From Oculina patagonica (Eukaryota): a stretch of DNA of 64,000 bases. Each line of letters opens with the position of its first letter. The first letter of the stretch is position 1. Location: assembly GCF_052425735.1 (NCBI RefSeq), contig NC_135762.1, positions 27,094,001 to 27,158,000 on the forward strand. The letters run 5' to 3'. Shown in pieces: positions 10,906-23,802 of this stretch. Made by a program: the position numbers and the translations under genes. The notes below the pieces were generated by a model, which did no database searches, was not told the origin of the DNA, and was given only the letters and a program-made list of their open reading frames with translations.

Positions 10906-13900
10906 TATTTTGCCAATGGTCCGCAGAGTTGGCCTTTGCTTTGTAAACCGACTTTCGGCTTGCTTCTAATGGTTTTCCTGATTGTTTGCGGTGTCAGTCA
11001 CGTGTCATGATATCTATCAAAGCATCTGGGCTGTAATTATCAGCGATAGCTCCGGCCGTCCAATCACTTTGTATTGCTATTGTCAATAGGACACCTTCAC
11101 ATTCTAAAGTGGCGTATCTGAAAAGCAATCGGCTTGTCAAAATTCGCTTAGTGGCAGCGGTGATTTTGTCTTCTATGGATGAACAGAACATCCGATATCG
11201 CAATAGATCGCGCCGCCTAAAACGCCTAAAACATCATCGCTGTATTTGACAGCCTATCACATATCTTGTGTTACCCTCATCAATGCATCCAGCTAGCAAC
11301 ATTGCTAGCATAACACAACAGAAGTTAAGCACATAATTCTAGTTTCATTATTCACTTTTCTTCGGGTTCTGTGTGCAATCAATGTGAAAGATAAACAAAC
11401 AATTCAACATGCGAGTCGCTGGATGTCAAACACCTATTTGTTACGCGCAATGTTTTCTTCAATAAGCTTATAAACTTTTCGTGTGTCCATGTTTCTTTTC
11501 ATTGTAAGCGATAACCTTGTTGTCAACATGAGCTCTTTCATCAGATGCTGTGAGGTCTAACGCAATTTTATACCCTCGACGACAACAGAAAAATGCGAAG
11601 CTCGAGAGTTTCTCTTATAGCGTTATCTCCTTATTTTGATAGAAAGATCTCGATGCAACATTAACCGGACCATGACAACCTATTGTTTCCTGTAATCGTA
11701 CACAAAAGCCATTATTCTAAACTGTCTTTTGATTGCCAAGGCAAGTGAAGCAATATTATATTTATCAAAACAACTGCAGGGGGCTTGCTCTCAAATCATC
11801 GAACATCATTTGGTTCACTGCGTCTGCTAAACACATATCAGCTTAACTTTGAACGGACCAAAAGAAGAGCTAACCAAAAGAAACCCTTTAAAAACAGCTA
11901 TCATCCAATGGTAGATGATAGTTTTAAATGCTGTTATTTTGAAACAGATCGTCTTCGAAATTCGTGCGTTTGATAAGAGAGCGGGCGGCCGCAATTATTA
12001 CAACGGCCTTTGACATTTTTATTGATTTTAAAAATAGAATAATTTCGTAAAGTATTCACTTTACGCCGCAAAATGACTGCTACAGTAGTTGTAAAAAAAA
12101 AACAGTACCTTAGCTTTGTACTGTACGCGATAAGCTGTGATTTTCAGCCCTCTAGCGTTTAATATCGCTTGCGACTGAAGTACCTTTGTCTTAATTTTAG
12201 CTTCATTAAGGCAACCCAATACACCAAATTTAGGTTATGGTTGATTTCTTATCAGCCTGTTTCTTCCATTAATAAATGCCTTGGGCTAAACTTGTTAGTT
12301 AAAAACACCCTCGATATTACTGTTTTTAAATCGTTTCTTTTGGTTTTACCTAGAGATGTTCACAAAAACATTTTGTTATGCGAAAACTGGTCGGGAAACT
12401 ACAGACACGAAAACAAACTTCGGCGTTTTCATCGTAAACTGCGGAAACATCAATTACTATCTCGCCTTACCTCGCTTTTGACACTCTCAAAATCGTATCA
12501 GCTCGTCCGATCAGATTAAATTGTGGGCGATTTGGAGCTTTCGCTAAACTGATCAGCGAATTATACTCGAGGAGAAGAAAATAATTGTCGCGAAATGAAA
12601 TTCAATAAAAGTACTACTATTCACAAACCGGGTCCAAATTTATGAACATAAGCAAAAAGACTTATTGTCGCCTAGCAGCGAAGAATCTTTGAAAGGTTTT
12701 TAATTTGCAGATACTCCATTTGGCTGCATGAGATGTAAATTTTCCATCATGAACTGAGACGAAAGAAAAGCAACCCTTTCTTTATAAAACCGCCAAAGTG
12801 TTATTCAAGTAAAGAAGCTTATTTCTTAGGCGCAAGCAAGACAATGGTCAATCACTTCTATAACAGACTACAAAGCTTGCCGAAAAACTGTTAGAAATCG
12901 ATGTTTGAAATTCAAAATCAATTTATTATAATTACATTTCTCCCGTTTAACGCATATATATCCGTAGCAATGTGCTTTATTAAGCAAAAGAGAGTCTATA
13001 CTGTATTCTGGCTGGTAAAATGAATTAAGAAAGGTTTCTCGCCATAAATTATTTGTAATATTTAAGCCGCAAATCCCCTCATGGTTTTAATATTTATTTC
13101 GTCATGGTTTTAATATTTATACATAAAATGAGTCCCTTATATTGTATTGTGGTCATTTTACTGACCTCCGCCATCTAGCCAACTCTTATTGCAGACGTTC
13201 AAAGTGGATAGTTTTACCATCACTCTATAAAATAATAGAAATATACTGCACGATTTGTTGAAAGAGATGGTTTTTTTTTTCATTTTTCATTACAAAACAA
13301 TTTTTGATATTGATATCGTAGGGGAAAAAGGAATAATAAAATTATTGACCATAATTAATGCAAAAACTAATAGATCAAATATATAAGGTACGGTACTTCT
13401 CAAATATTGGTTGTGAATGCTTTTGTATATTGTTCCAAAACCAAAATTTCCCATTTTGAGTACATTTTATTAGATCTATCTGCTTGTCAATTCTAGAATT
13501 CTACACGAAAGTTCACGACACATGCAGTATAAAACGTAATGATGTCCAAATTTGAATCAGAAAAACTAAATATAAGAAAAAAGGTATCGAAAAGCGCTGT
13601 AATACCCGGAGTGATTCGAAAAAAAATTCGAAACTTAATTAATGGCAGAATTAACACACATATACAATTACGTCGAAAAATTGCGAGTATGTAAGAGAAA
13701 TAACATCACCGATATGTTCATATTTTAGATAAACATGTCAACTAACCTGGTTGCTGTGCATAATATAACTTGACAACATTTTTATGGACCTTTCGGGCGA
13801 CAACAACCGGCATGCTAGCTTTCCTATTCGTTCTGTACGCTATACTTAATTTAAAATACATAAACCTGTTTGAACATATCTTGATTAACAGACTTACCAT

Positions 13901-14859
13901 TTTTAACCAGTTTTTGTCATTGTAATACAAAGTTAAATTTTCCGTGACTGCGCAACCAAATCACAATACATTTCCATAAGCTAAGGTTGACAGTGAACAA
14001 ATATGAATGTGGAGATATTGTAATCAAGTTATAGCTATTACATGTATGATATATTTGGCAATATCATTTTCAGTAATGTGTGGTATTGATAAAGATCTGT
14101 TCTATATATAATCTTAACAATTTATTTGATGCGATCCAAACTGGATAATTATTACATTGGTTCATGGAGAACATTCTATTTGGGCTTATCATAGAAACTT
14201 TCGCAATACGTTATTTTATTAGCTGAATTTTTATTAATATAAAATTACCAGGTGAGTTCAAATGCAAATGAACTACAGTAATCATGTGTTTTGGCGTTAG
14301 ATATATGTAAAATTCAACGTCTGGAGTAATTTAATTACTAGTTAAATTTCTCGATCGTAAAAGAAACGTCGCGAAAATTTTTAGGGCATAATTTTTCACG
14401 CAAGGCGGCGCTAGCTGAAATCTTCTTTCACACGCCTGTGAAGAATGTTTATAAAGTTGAAAGGCCAACATAACTGTACTAATCAAATCAATCAATTATT
14501 CTACGCGCAGTCGGCCTTCTTGTCATCATGATAAATCCTTTTATAACATAATGCTGTTTAAGCTGAATGATGCTAGACTGTTTCGGATCAAGGTAGCGTC
14601 GAGATTCATGCCCTAGATTAATAAAATTCCAAAAGATAAAACTGCAAGATGGAGCCAATTCCATCATTTTGCATTTCCACCCTGGCTTTATCGACTATTG
14701 CTATATATGGCTTGGATAAAAATGCTAACCAGTGTAACGTACAAGAATGTGTGATATTACTGTACTGAAGATGAAAAAAAAAAAATGAGATTTCATGGAG
14801 GGGTGGGGGGGGGGGGGATCCTATGGAGAAACTGAGAAGTGGAAATAAAGCTTTTCCGG

Positions 14860-15190
14860 AGACCAGTGGTTTAGCAGGCCAGTGCTTGGGTAACTCTCTA
14901 GTTTATAGAAATGAAGCAGCTAGGAGGTTTGCTTCTCCCCCTAATGAGATGGTAGGTCATCGCAGGGTTACCCTCCCCCTTCACCCGTCCCCACCCCCCC
15001 GGAATTCTACCAGGTTGCACGAATAAACGGTTCAGCGGTGGTGCCTATTTACGTTCCTGGGTGGAGAGTGGCACAGTGAGAGTAAAGTGTAAGTGTTCCC
15101 AAAATAGGTCCAACACCGGAATGACCTCGGGCAGTGCTCGACTAGACAGCTCGATCAAGAGTCCAGAAAGGTAGCCATTGGGCAGCCGTG
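14860..15190 (-). mobile_element. Degraded tRNA-derived SINE (same family as 31426)
   Basis: Reverse complement of the conserved core (CATCGCAGGGTTACCC...CCTGGGTGGAGAG..GCACAGTGAGAGTAAAGTG). Confidence 0.65.
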
Positions 15191-16915
15191 TGCCCCGCGT
15201 AAAAAGCAGCCATGAGTCTATTTATTCGAGAAAGTTGTTTCCTATTTCCAATCGGCACGGACGACATAAATAAGTGTGCCAGAGTGCACTGGAAAGAGCT
15301 CCAATGATAAAAAGTGCGAAACTCCTCGACGAGCCCTTAACCCATCAGTTAACTATACTGACTATATCCCTCAATTGCTTTAATGAGAGGCTATAAAGAT
15401 TTGACACGCTGATCAATGCATGTAAAGAGACTGAGATTTGAATGCTCATTTGTATCTTGCACAATGTTAAGAATGCTCAAAGCTGTAACTTGGCTAACGA
15501 TACAGACACTCATCCTCTCTTGGTTGAAAGTATTAGAATTTTTTTTTTATCTAGAAATAGATGAAATATTTATAGAGAAAGCACTTGACACGATCACGAT
15601 CAATGTTAGAATATTGTATTTTTATCGCACACATACACCTTTGAGCACGCCCTTGATTTAATGAAGAAAATTTTATCAAATTTATTTAGCTTTTCCAATT
15701 GCTCCCTCTATCTAATGAGTTAGGATGACCAATTGAAAATAATCCGTGGAATCCTAGCACGGGAGGCTAACAGACCTAACACGGTGCGAGCATGTCACTT
15801 TTTCTTCTTCCAATTTGCTAAAGCAAGGGGAGTGAAATTGCATTGGTGTTATTTGTATTTCAATGAAAAACGGACAGAGCTAGCACTGCGAAGAGGTATT
15901 ATTTCGCAGTTGAATATTTGAAGCTTATTTCAATCTGCTCATTTGACCTAACAGCCTTGATTTTCCAATTACTTTAAAAGCCTTTTCTTTATCTTTATTC
16001 GCCTGCAGAACCGAGGTCGAGGGAGATTATGCCCTCATATATAATAAAATTTTATGTTTGACACGAAAACGATGGATCAGTGTCTGGCGTCAAAAGATCG
16101 AATACACTTGCAGGCAACAGCTTGTGTGGCCTTTCACTATCATAATTTCTTTGTCACTCACTACTTCATTCGAAAGATATACTTCGAAAAATTGGAGAAA
16201 AAAGTATCCGCTTTTGACAAATTTGCGTTGATGTTCCAGGAAAGTTCCAATTCTTGTTGTGAAATCTAAAAGTTGCACGTTATAAAGCAACGTCGTTTCT
16301 GGCAAATACTGACTTCTGGCCAAGAGAGGTACTGGTTCTGACAATTTCAAAGGAATCCTTTCGGAAACCGCGCAAGAAAAACCTCTGGCACCCAGGGTAA
16401 GGAATCCTGAACTGAATAATAATAAAAAAACTTGTGAAATGTAAGCAAACTTTTGCTCGAAAGAGAGCTTACTAAAAAATTTGAATCTAACCAATGCCAT
16501 TTCTGGGATCGTGTCCGCACAAAGGCGTGGCACAAACCACGTCTTTGCTAACGGGAACATGTATCCAACACAGCCCAAGGACCCCTTGGTTAAAACGCGA
16601 TAACTCGTGCGTTCTTGTGAAACGTACGAGAATTCAAAAATAAAATTAGAATTGAAGAATTGAAAGAGGTACATGTACCTGGTACTGAAAACACTCGTGA
16701 AGAGTTTTGAGGAAGGACAAAAAACAGACCTGTAAATAAGGGCCTCGGCTAGCTTTCTTTAGCGATGCAAGCACAAAAAACGTAATTTTACCTGAAGAAA
16801 GAATCGACGTAAGCACAAGCATGAGGACAAACAGAAGGCGGCTATTTTCCCTTTCCTTGTTCTTACATCGTTAGTGAGAGCCAGTCTTATGATTTAATAA
16901 CATTATTAAAGTGCA

Positions 16916-17203
16916 TAGAGCAGTTTTCAATTGAGTGTCCTAAAACCAAAACCAAAGTAATTACTCTGGCCAATCAAAAAGGACACAGACAATCCAGTGA
17001 ACCAATCAAAACTCGAAGCAAATACATGTAGCTGGCACGAAGCGCGGGAAAACGTGCGCGAGCGAGTCACGATTGGTTTTGGTTTTACTCCTGATTGGCT
17101 GAGAAAGTGGCGCGAGATTGTTAAGCCAATCATTAAGCGTAGTAATGCAAACCAAAGCAAACACAATTTACTTTCGACACTCAAGTGAGTGAAAACTGCT
17201 CTA
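16916..17203 (+). mobile_element. MITE family A, copy 2 (best preserved)
   Basis: TAGAGCAGTTTTCA...GAAAACTGCTCTA inverted termini; highly similar to 4473-4752. Confidence 0.85.
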
Positions 17204-19166
17204 GCGACCAATCAGAAAACAGCAATGAAATGCGAGATAATCCAACCAATGCCTAGTCATCATCGGGCTTTTTTGGGGGAGGGACCTGGATACGGCCAGT
17301 ACACAGGCAACAAGCGTCCGCCCGAGCGCCGCTGTTCCAATATATTGCACCCTGAAATAAGGCCTCCCAGACGGGGGTATTTCTGCAATAAACGCCTCTA
17401 TCTCCAATAAGCGCCCCCTTGCCCCCCCCCCCCCCCCCCCCCCCTCACTTCCTCAGCTGCCAAAGCGCCTCGCGTGCTACATCAGCTTTTATGGTAACTG
17501 TACAATAAAGGTACAGTCATGCCGTCAGTATAACAAAGACCTTCTTGAACAAAGTGTTTTGAGTTTTTAATGTAAAAACATTGTGGTATACACGAAATTA
17601 AAAAAAAAATCTTCGACATCATTGTGCTAATAATATTTACAATTCAAGAGAAGAGGGTGCAAATGGGCTAGGCAGATCTAATATAATATTACATGTAAAA
17701 AAAGAGAACCATTTACAGTCCGGCACCCGGCTATTACCAATAAGTCTATTGCCTTACTAACTGGCTAACATTACAAACGACCTAAGACCTAATGGTGCTG
17801 TTTCCACACCACATTTTTGGGGGGCTGTTTCAAAACAAAACCCAGTCTATATTTTACATCTTAAGTACACAAGTTGTTTTACAACTTGAGAACAAAAGTA
17901 CAACTTTAGTGCTAAAATTCAGATATTTTTTAAATACTCACGCAGACGATGCGTGTTCTACAGTTGTACCTTTCAGATACTTTTTTGAACTTGTACAAAG
18001 CTACTTTCTATTTTTTCGCGGCAACAAACAGCATTTTTGGCAAATCTTCATTGAAGCTAGCGGTTTTTACTATCTAATTATTAAATAGTAGCCCAAACTG
18101 AGCACAATCACCTTTTCTATGAGTTGTCACGTGATAACACATGTTGCCAAGCAACGTCTTTGACCAAAAAATCGCAGGCTTCTTAGCTCTCGGTACTTGT
18201 TGCCCGTGTGGACTAGAATAACCGTTTAGGTATCGTTTAAAATAAATTTATTACGCATTAATTACTGCACTAGAGACATTTTAGTAGAGAAACATGTCAA
18301 TTCCTAACAACTGGAATATGTTTGTGGCGCAATTATAAATTTAAAAAAAGTGAGTTTGCCACATTCAAGTGATAATTTTTGTTTTATCAGACAAAAAAAA
18401 CATTTTTTTAGCTTCCAAATAAAACTAGCATGATGAAGTATAAAGTGAGGAAATGAACAGACTTTAAGAAGCTGTGTCAAGGACAGTGGATATTAAAACA
18501 ACTGGCCAATTTTATGAAGTTTGTCCTGCGTTTACCTTCCTCAGTCGTAACTATCCTTGTTAATTTTTAATTCTTTTTACTTTTATGGTGTTTTTCTATC
18601 TTAGAAAGCTATTATTTTGAGGATTACTTCAATTTGAAAATAATTTTACAAATCAGAAAAATAAATAATAATGGATTGATGTGTGGAGAGAATAAACTCA
18701 GAAAAAAATTCTTAGTTCACAGATGGGACTCGAACCCACGACCTTCACAAATCAGAAAAAAATTGCTTAAAATAACAAGACAGAGCTCCTTTAACTTCTC
18801 AGTGCAAAAACAAGTACAATTGTGGCCATATAATAATTCTATTCTGTAGTGTTTTTCTACCAGTCAAGTCCCGAAAGCAATTAGACTTTCCTCATCAAAT
18901 ACACTGTCGTTGTAGAAAGACAATACTTCGCGCATGCTATTTTTATAAAACTCTTTAATTGAAACAGCGAGAAATCTGTTGAAAAAAGAAAGGTATCACG
19001 TTTTTGCACTTCCAAGGACAGAACTCCAAATGAAGTGAACATTTTTTAGCCAATCATATCAGTGCATTTCCTTTGGATTGGAAACAACGCTTTATACGTT
19101 AAGACTACCTAAAAGTGCTAAAACATCTTCTTTAAATACGATTCCTGCTTTCACTTAAACCATTAA

Positions 19167-19870
19167 TTACATGTGTAAAAATATCTTTCCATAAGGCCTC
19201 TCAAAAGGAAAGGCCGTTTTCTTTGTACATTTCCTTGCCTTTAAAGCAATATGTCCTTCTAAGTACACGTTGTCATAGAGATCCCCAAGATACTCGGTCG
19301 TCCCAGGCCCTTGAACGAGCCCACGCAGGTTCTTGACAAACTCTCTCTTTGACATTTTGTTTTTCACGTGAGGACTGCTGAGATCCACGCTGAGAAGAAT
19401 CAGCGAGTGGCACAGGATAAACACACTCTCTGGAGAGGAAAAGACAAAAAAAAAATGTTGGTATCCCTGTAGATATTTAAAACCTCTAATAAATGCCTTT
19501 TAACAATATTGATACATTGCCAAGCAGGCAGACAGCCAGTAACAAGACAGAGAGAAAAGTGGACATACTGGCAGACCGCCAGGCAGAGAAACAAACTGAC
19601 AGCCAGCCAGATTGATGGATAGGCAGTTAGTTTGATATTGAGAAAGACAGGTGGACAGTCGGTCAGTCAGACAAATGGAGAAGCAAACATGCTAGCGATG
19701 TTAATCAATCAAGGGTGTTTTAATTTTTTATATTTTTAATCATGTTAATTATATTATCTATAGTAGCTAGCATTTTTATATTGTATATATTTTAATTAAT
19801 TTAGATTTTAGTTTTTATTTTGTAAAATAACTGTAACTAGCCGTAAGCTAAGATATTTCACGCAATAAAG

Positions 19871-19952
<82 letters not shown>

Positions 19953-20344
19953 GACCGACAGCCAGAGAAACAAACTGGCAGTCAGCCAGATGGATGGATA
20001 GGCAGACAGTTTGAGATTGAAACAGACATGTGGACAGTCAGTCAGTCAGTCAGTCAGTCAATCTTCAGTCAGTCAGTCAGTCAGACAGACAGTCAGTCAG
20101 TCAGTCAGTCAGTCGGTCAGTCAGTAATCTTTCAGTCAGTCAGTCAGTCAGTCAATCTTTCAGTCAGTCAGTCAGACAGACAGAAGTCAGTCTTTCAGAC
20201 AGACAGACAGTCAGTCAATATTTCAGTCAGTCAGTCAGTCAGTAAGACAGACTGACAAAAAACAGACAGATTAACTGACAGAGAGACAATAAGATCAACT
20301 GACAAAAATAGAGAAAAACAGACAGACCAACTGACAAAAGGACA

Positions 20345-20376
<32 letters not shown>

Positions 20377-23300
20377 AATAGACATTGGGAGGAGAGGGCA
20401 TAATTTGAAATACAAAAATTAATATATACCGTTTAAAAAAGAAAATGTCTATCAAGAATGCTGCAAACTAAAACCAAACCGCTTACCTGGTGTAAAGGAT
20501 GTGGTAGGATTTGTAGCACAAAACCGGATTGAAAACTTGTTCAAAAGGGCGTCTAAGAACTCCCCTCGTTGATCTGGGGGATAAACTCGTTCAAAAAACT
20601 GCCTAAAATTGAAAGGCAAAAGATTTGTCACAAACCACACAAAGAATTGAAAGCAACAACAAGTACACATATCAAAATATCGTGGCTAAAGACTACCTAT
20701 ATAGTAAAAGAAAGCTATCAGGAAAAATGAGTGAAGTAAACAGGGAAAACTAAGGACAAGAATGACCTTAGAGCCACAGGCAGAAAAATTCCTTCATAAT
20801 TCTGCATATTAACAATTTCCTGTAGAACATCTCTTCTGCAAAAAATAACAAACAAAAAAGAATTACATCACAAACGTCAGATTAGATTATACATCTAACT
20901 ACTTTCAAAGGCATGGAGAACATGTGAGTTCTGCTTAGAAACTATAAAGAGGTTCTTCAAATCAAACATCACAGCCATCCTCCTGTATGGCTGCGGGACT
21001 TGGAGAATGACAAAAGCAGATGCAAACCGGCTGGATACCTTTCTTCGCAAATGCCTCAGGAGAATGTTGCAAGTTTATTGGCCCATCCGTGTCCAATGAC
21101 AAAATGGGGAGAAGAGGTGGTATAAAAAAGATCAGTTCACAAGTATGATACAGGAGGGGGGCGTAAGAGTTTGCGGTGATGCCGTTTTGCGTTATTTTTT
21201 CGTGCGGTTTTGTGGTAATTTTTATTTTAACCTGCGGTATTGCGGTTTTACAAGACTACGCAGTGTGCGGTTATTACAAATTTTTGGCCGCGGTAGTCGA
21301 TGAGAAAATTGTCTGCGGTAATATGATTCTCTTACGTTTCCTCTGGATCCTTTCACATTCGGTTGGTTTGCTTCAGTTAAACAAGCTTGAGCCAAGTGTT
21401 TTGTTTTACAGTGTATTAGCTTACACAATTAGGGTTCGTTATTAAGCAAACTTGCTGTGTGGCTTGTAATTGCAGCCTCTTCCAGTTAATACTTGATGTG
21501 TTTAACTGTTTTATCCAATGATACGTTGACTTGATGACATTCCAGGCCAGATCTTCGGCTCAGATCCAGTCTTACCTACCGTTGTTGGTCATTTGAAACT
21601 GCGGTTTCGGTGTTTTGGTAAAATTTGATGCGGTTTGCGATTTTGTAGCGTATTTCTGTGCCGTTTTCGGATCCCCCTTACGCCCCCTTATACAGATGGT
21701 GGAGATGAATAGGTTCGTTTTCTATGTAAAGCAACAAGCCATAACTCACACATAGCAAAAGCATTATCCTAGGCACCAAGTGGGAAAAGGAAACAAGCAC
21801 TGCTGAGGGAAACGTGGAGGAGAACAGGAACAAGTGGAGGAACAAGGTACAAGTGAACAAGGAAACGGGAACAAGAAACAAGTAACAAGTGGAGGCAGCT
21901 CATTTTAATTCCTCCACCTGGGGGAAAGGAACCAAGCTACAGTTGAATCCCGATAACTTGAACCTTCAAGGGAAATCAAAAAAGGTTTGAGTTATCAGGA
22001 GTTCGAGTTATCGAGGCTAAAATTAGTAAGAAAATGACCTGGAGGGGAATAAAAAAGGTTCGAGTTATTGAGGGTTCAAGTTATCGGGATTCAACTGTAG
22101 ATTATACAACTGGCTTGAATCAATCAAATGGAAGAACAAAGAACTTTGGTTGACTCACTACTGTAGCTACTTGTACAACACATACATGTACATGTACATG
22201 TAGCATGCAGCTGCATAAAACAAAGTTCTACATTGAAGTCAAAGTGGGCAACAGGGGTGACCCAATGCAGTGCACCTGACATCGTATGTGGGTTGCATTT
22301 GATTCTTGGGTTTTCCTCACTCCACAAAAACCAACACTCCAAATAATTTGAAATGCTGGTTTTTGTGGAGTGAGCAATTGCTGCAAATCGATCTTGCTGC
22401 ACATGTACAGCGAAATGAGCTCCCGAGTACACTTCTGTGTTATGTGGGTACCAGTAAATAACATTAATTACAGTTACTTTTACATATACATGTAAAGGAT
22501 AATACATGGTTGTGCGGAGATATGGCGCTCACTCGTAAGATATCAATTTGAACACTCGAAGACAAATTTCATATCTCCAAGCAACCATGTATTACTCTGT
22601 TTATTATATAAACTTACTAATTACGATGTTTGTGTTAATTTTCTAAAGATTTCTGACCATTTTCCGAAGATTTCCGAAGAATTTCAAAATGTTTAATTGT
22701 CTTAAGGTCATACGAATGTTTACGAACATTTTCCGAAAATTTCCGAAGATTGCCAAGGAAGATCTGAAGATGTTTTGACTTAAAATCGGTTAACTTTGGT
22801 TCATTATTGAAACAGGGCAAACTTGTCATAAAACGTTTTGAAATCGATATCTCCACATGTGAAAATAACATGTTATTCTCACATGTGAAAATATGATTTT
22901 TTTCAGCGGGAGAAATCCTAGTATTTTACTCTAGTTATATAATAATTAGCGCTTATCCCTGCTTGACTAAGAGAAGTGTTACTCCACCTAGACTGGATGG
23001 TATTTAAGTCTATTGTTATTGTTGCCTTACCTCATATCAAGATATTCTCTGACTGACTTTCCATAAAGTGCTCCAGTGCAGTTGATAAATTTTGCTATTT
23101 CTACAACAGAGTCCTCCAAAACATTGTGTCTCACTAAATAAATTATTCCCTGAAACAACAAACAAACAAACACAATATTGATTAATTCTCTTGTTTTGCT
23201 TAATAAAAAATCATGGTCATACTGTTATTATGGGTTAGAGACTGTTGCGAGTGTTTTGGCGTAGCCAAGTGCAGTATTAAAAATTTCTTGTTCATTGTGA

Positions 23301-23769
23301 GGCCAGCAATTGCGTGTATTTGTAAACAAAACACGAACGGACAGACTCTAACCCTTTTAATATACAATCTGAGTACACTGGAAGCGATCATCAACTTAAC
23401 GAACTTCAAACAATAATGTTTAAAAATAAGAAGTGTAGTAGTACATAATTACATGGGATTAGATCAATAATATAAATATTACAAATAAGCCGTACAGAAA
23501 TAAAGCTTAAAATGGTTCATGAAATCGTTCATCAGCTGTGGTCGTTCCTAAATACAGTCAGCGAGAAGCAACAAGCAAGTCAATCACACACAAAAATGTA
23601 TTAATTGAGCTGCAGTTTACCTTTGAACATGGATGCACGATTTTTTGTGTGTTATTGTCAATACTGCACTGTCGAAGTTTGCTGACCACAGGTAAAGCAA
23701 GATCATGTGATCTATTTTAACCAATTGCGCGCTTGAATTTTGGACAGTGAACGAAGATAATTGTATATT

Positions 23770-23802
<33 letters not shown>

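Noticed and set aside
18700-18746. GGGACTCGAACCCACGACC (reverse B-box)
   Set aside because: Only a short SINE/tRNA-like fragment between ACAAATCAGAAAA direct repeats; not a gene.
20028-20455. SQSV and PACL repeat ORFs
   Set aside because: Translations of tetranucleotide microsatellites inside an FBXO8 intron.
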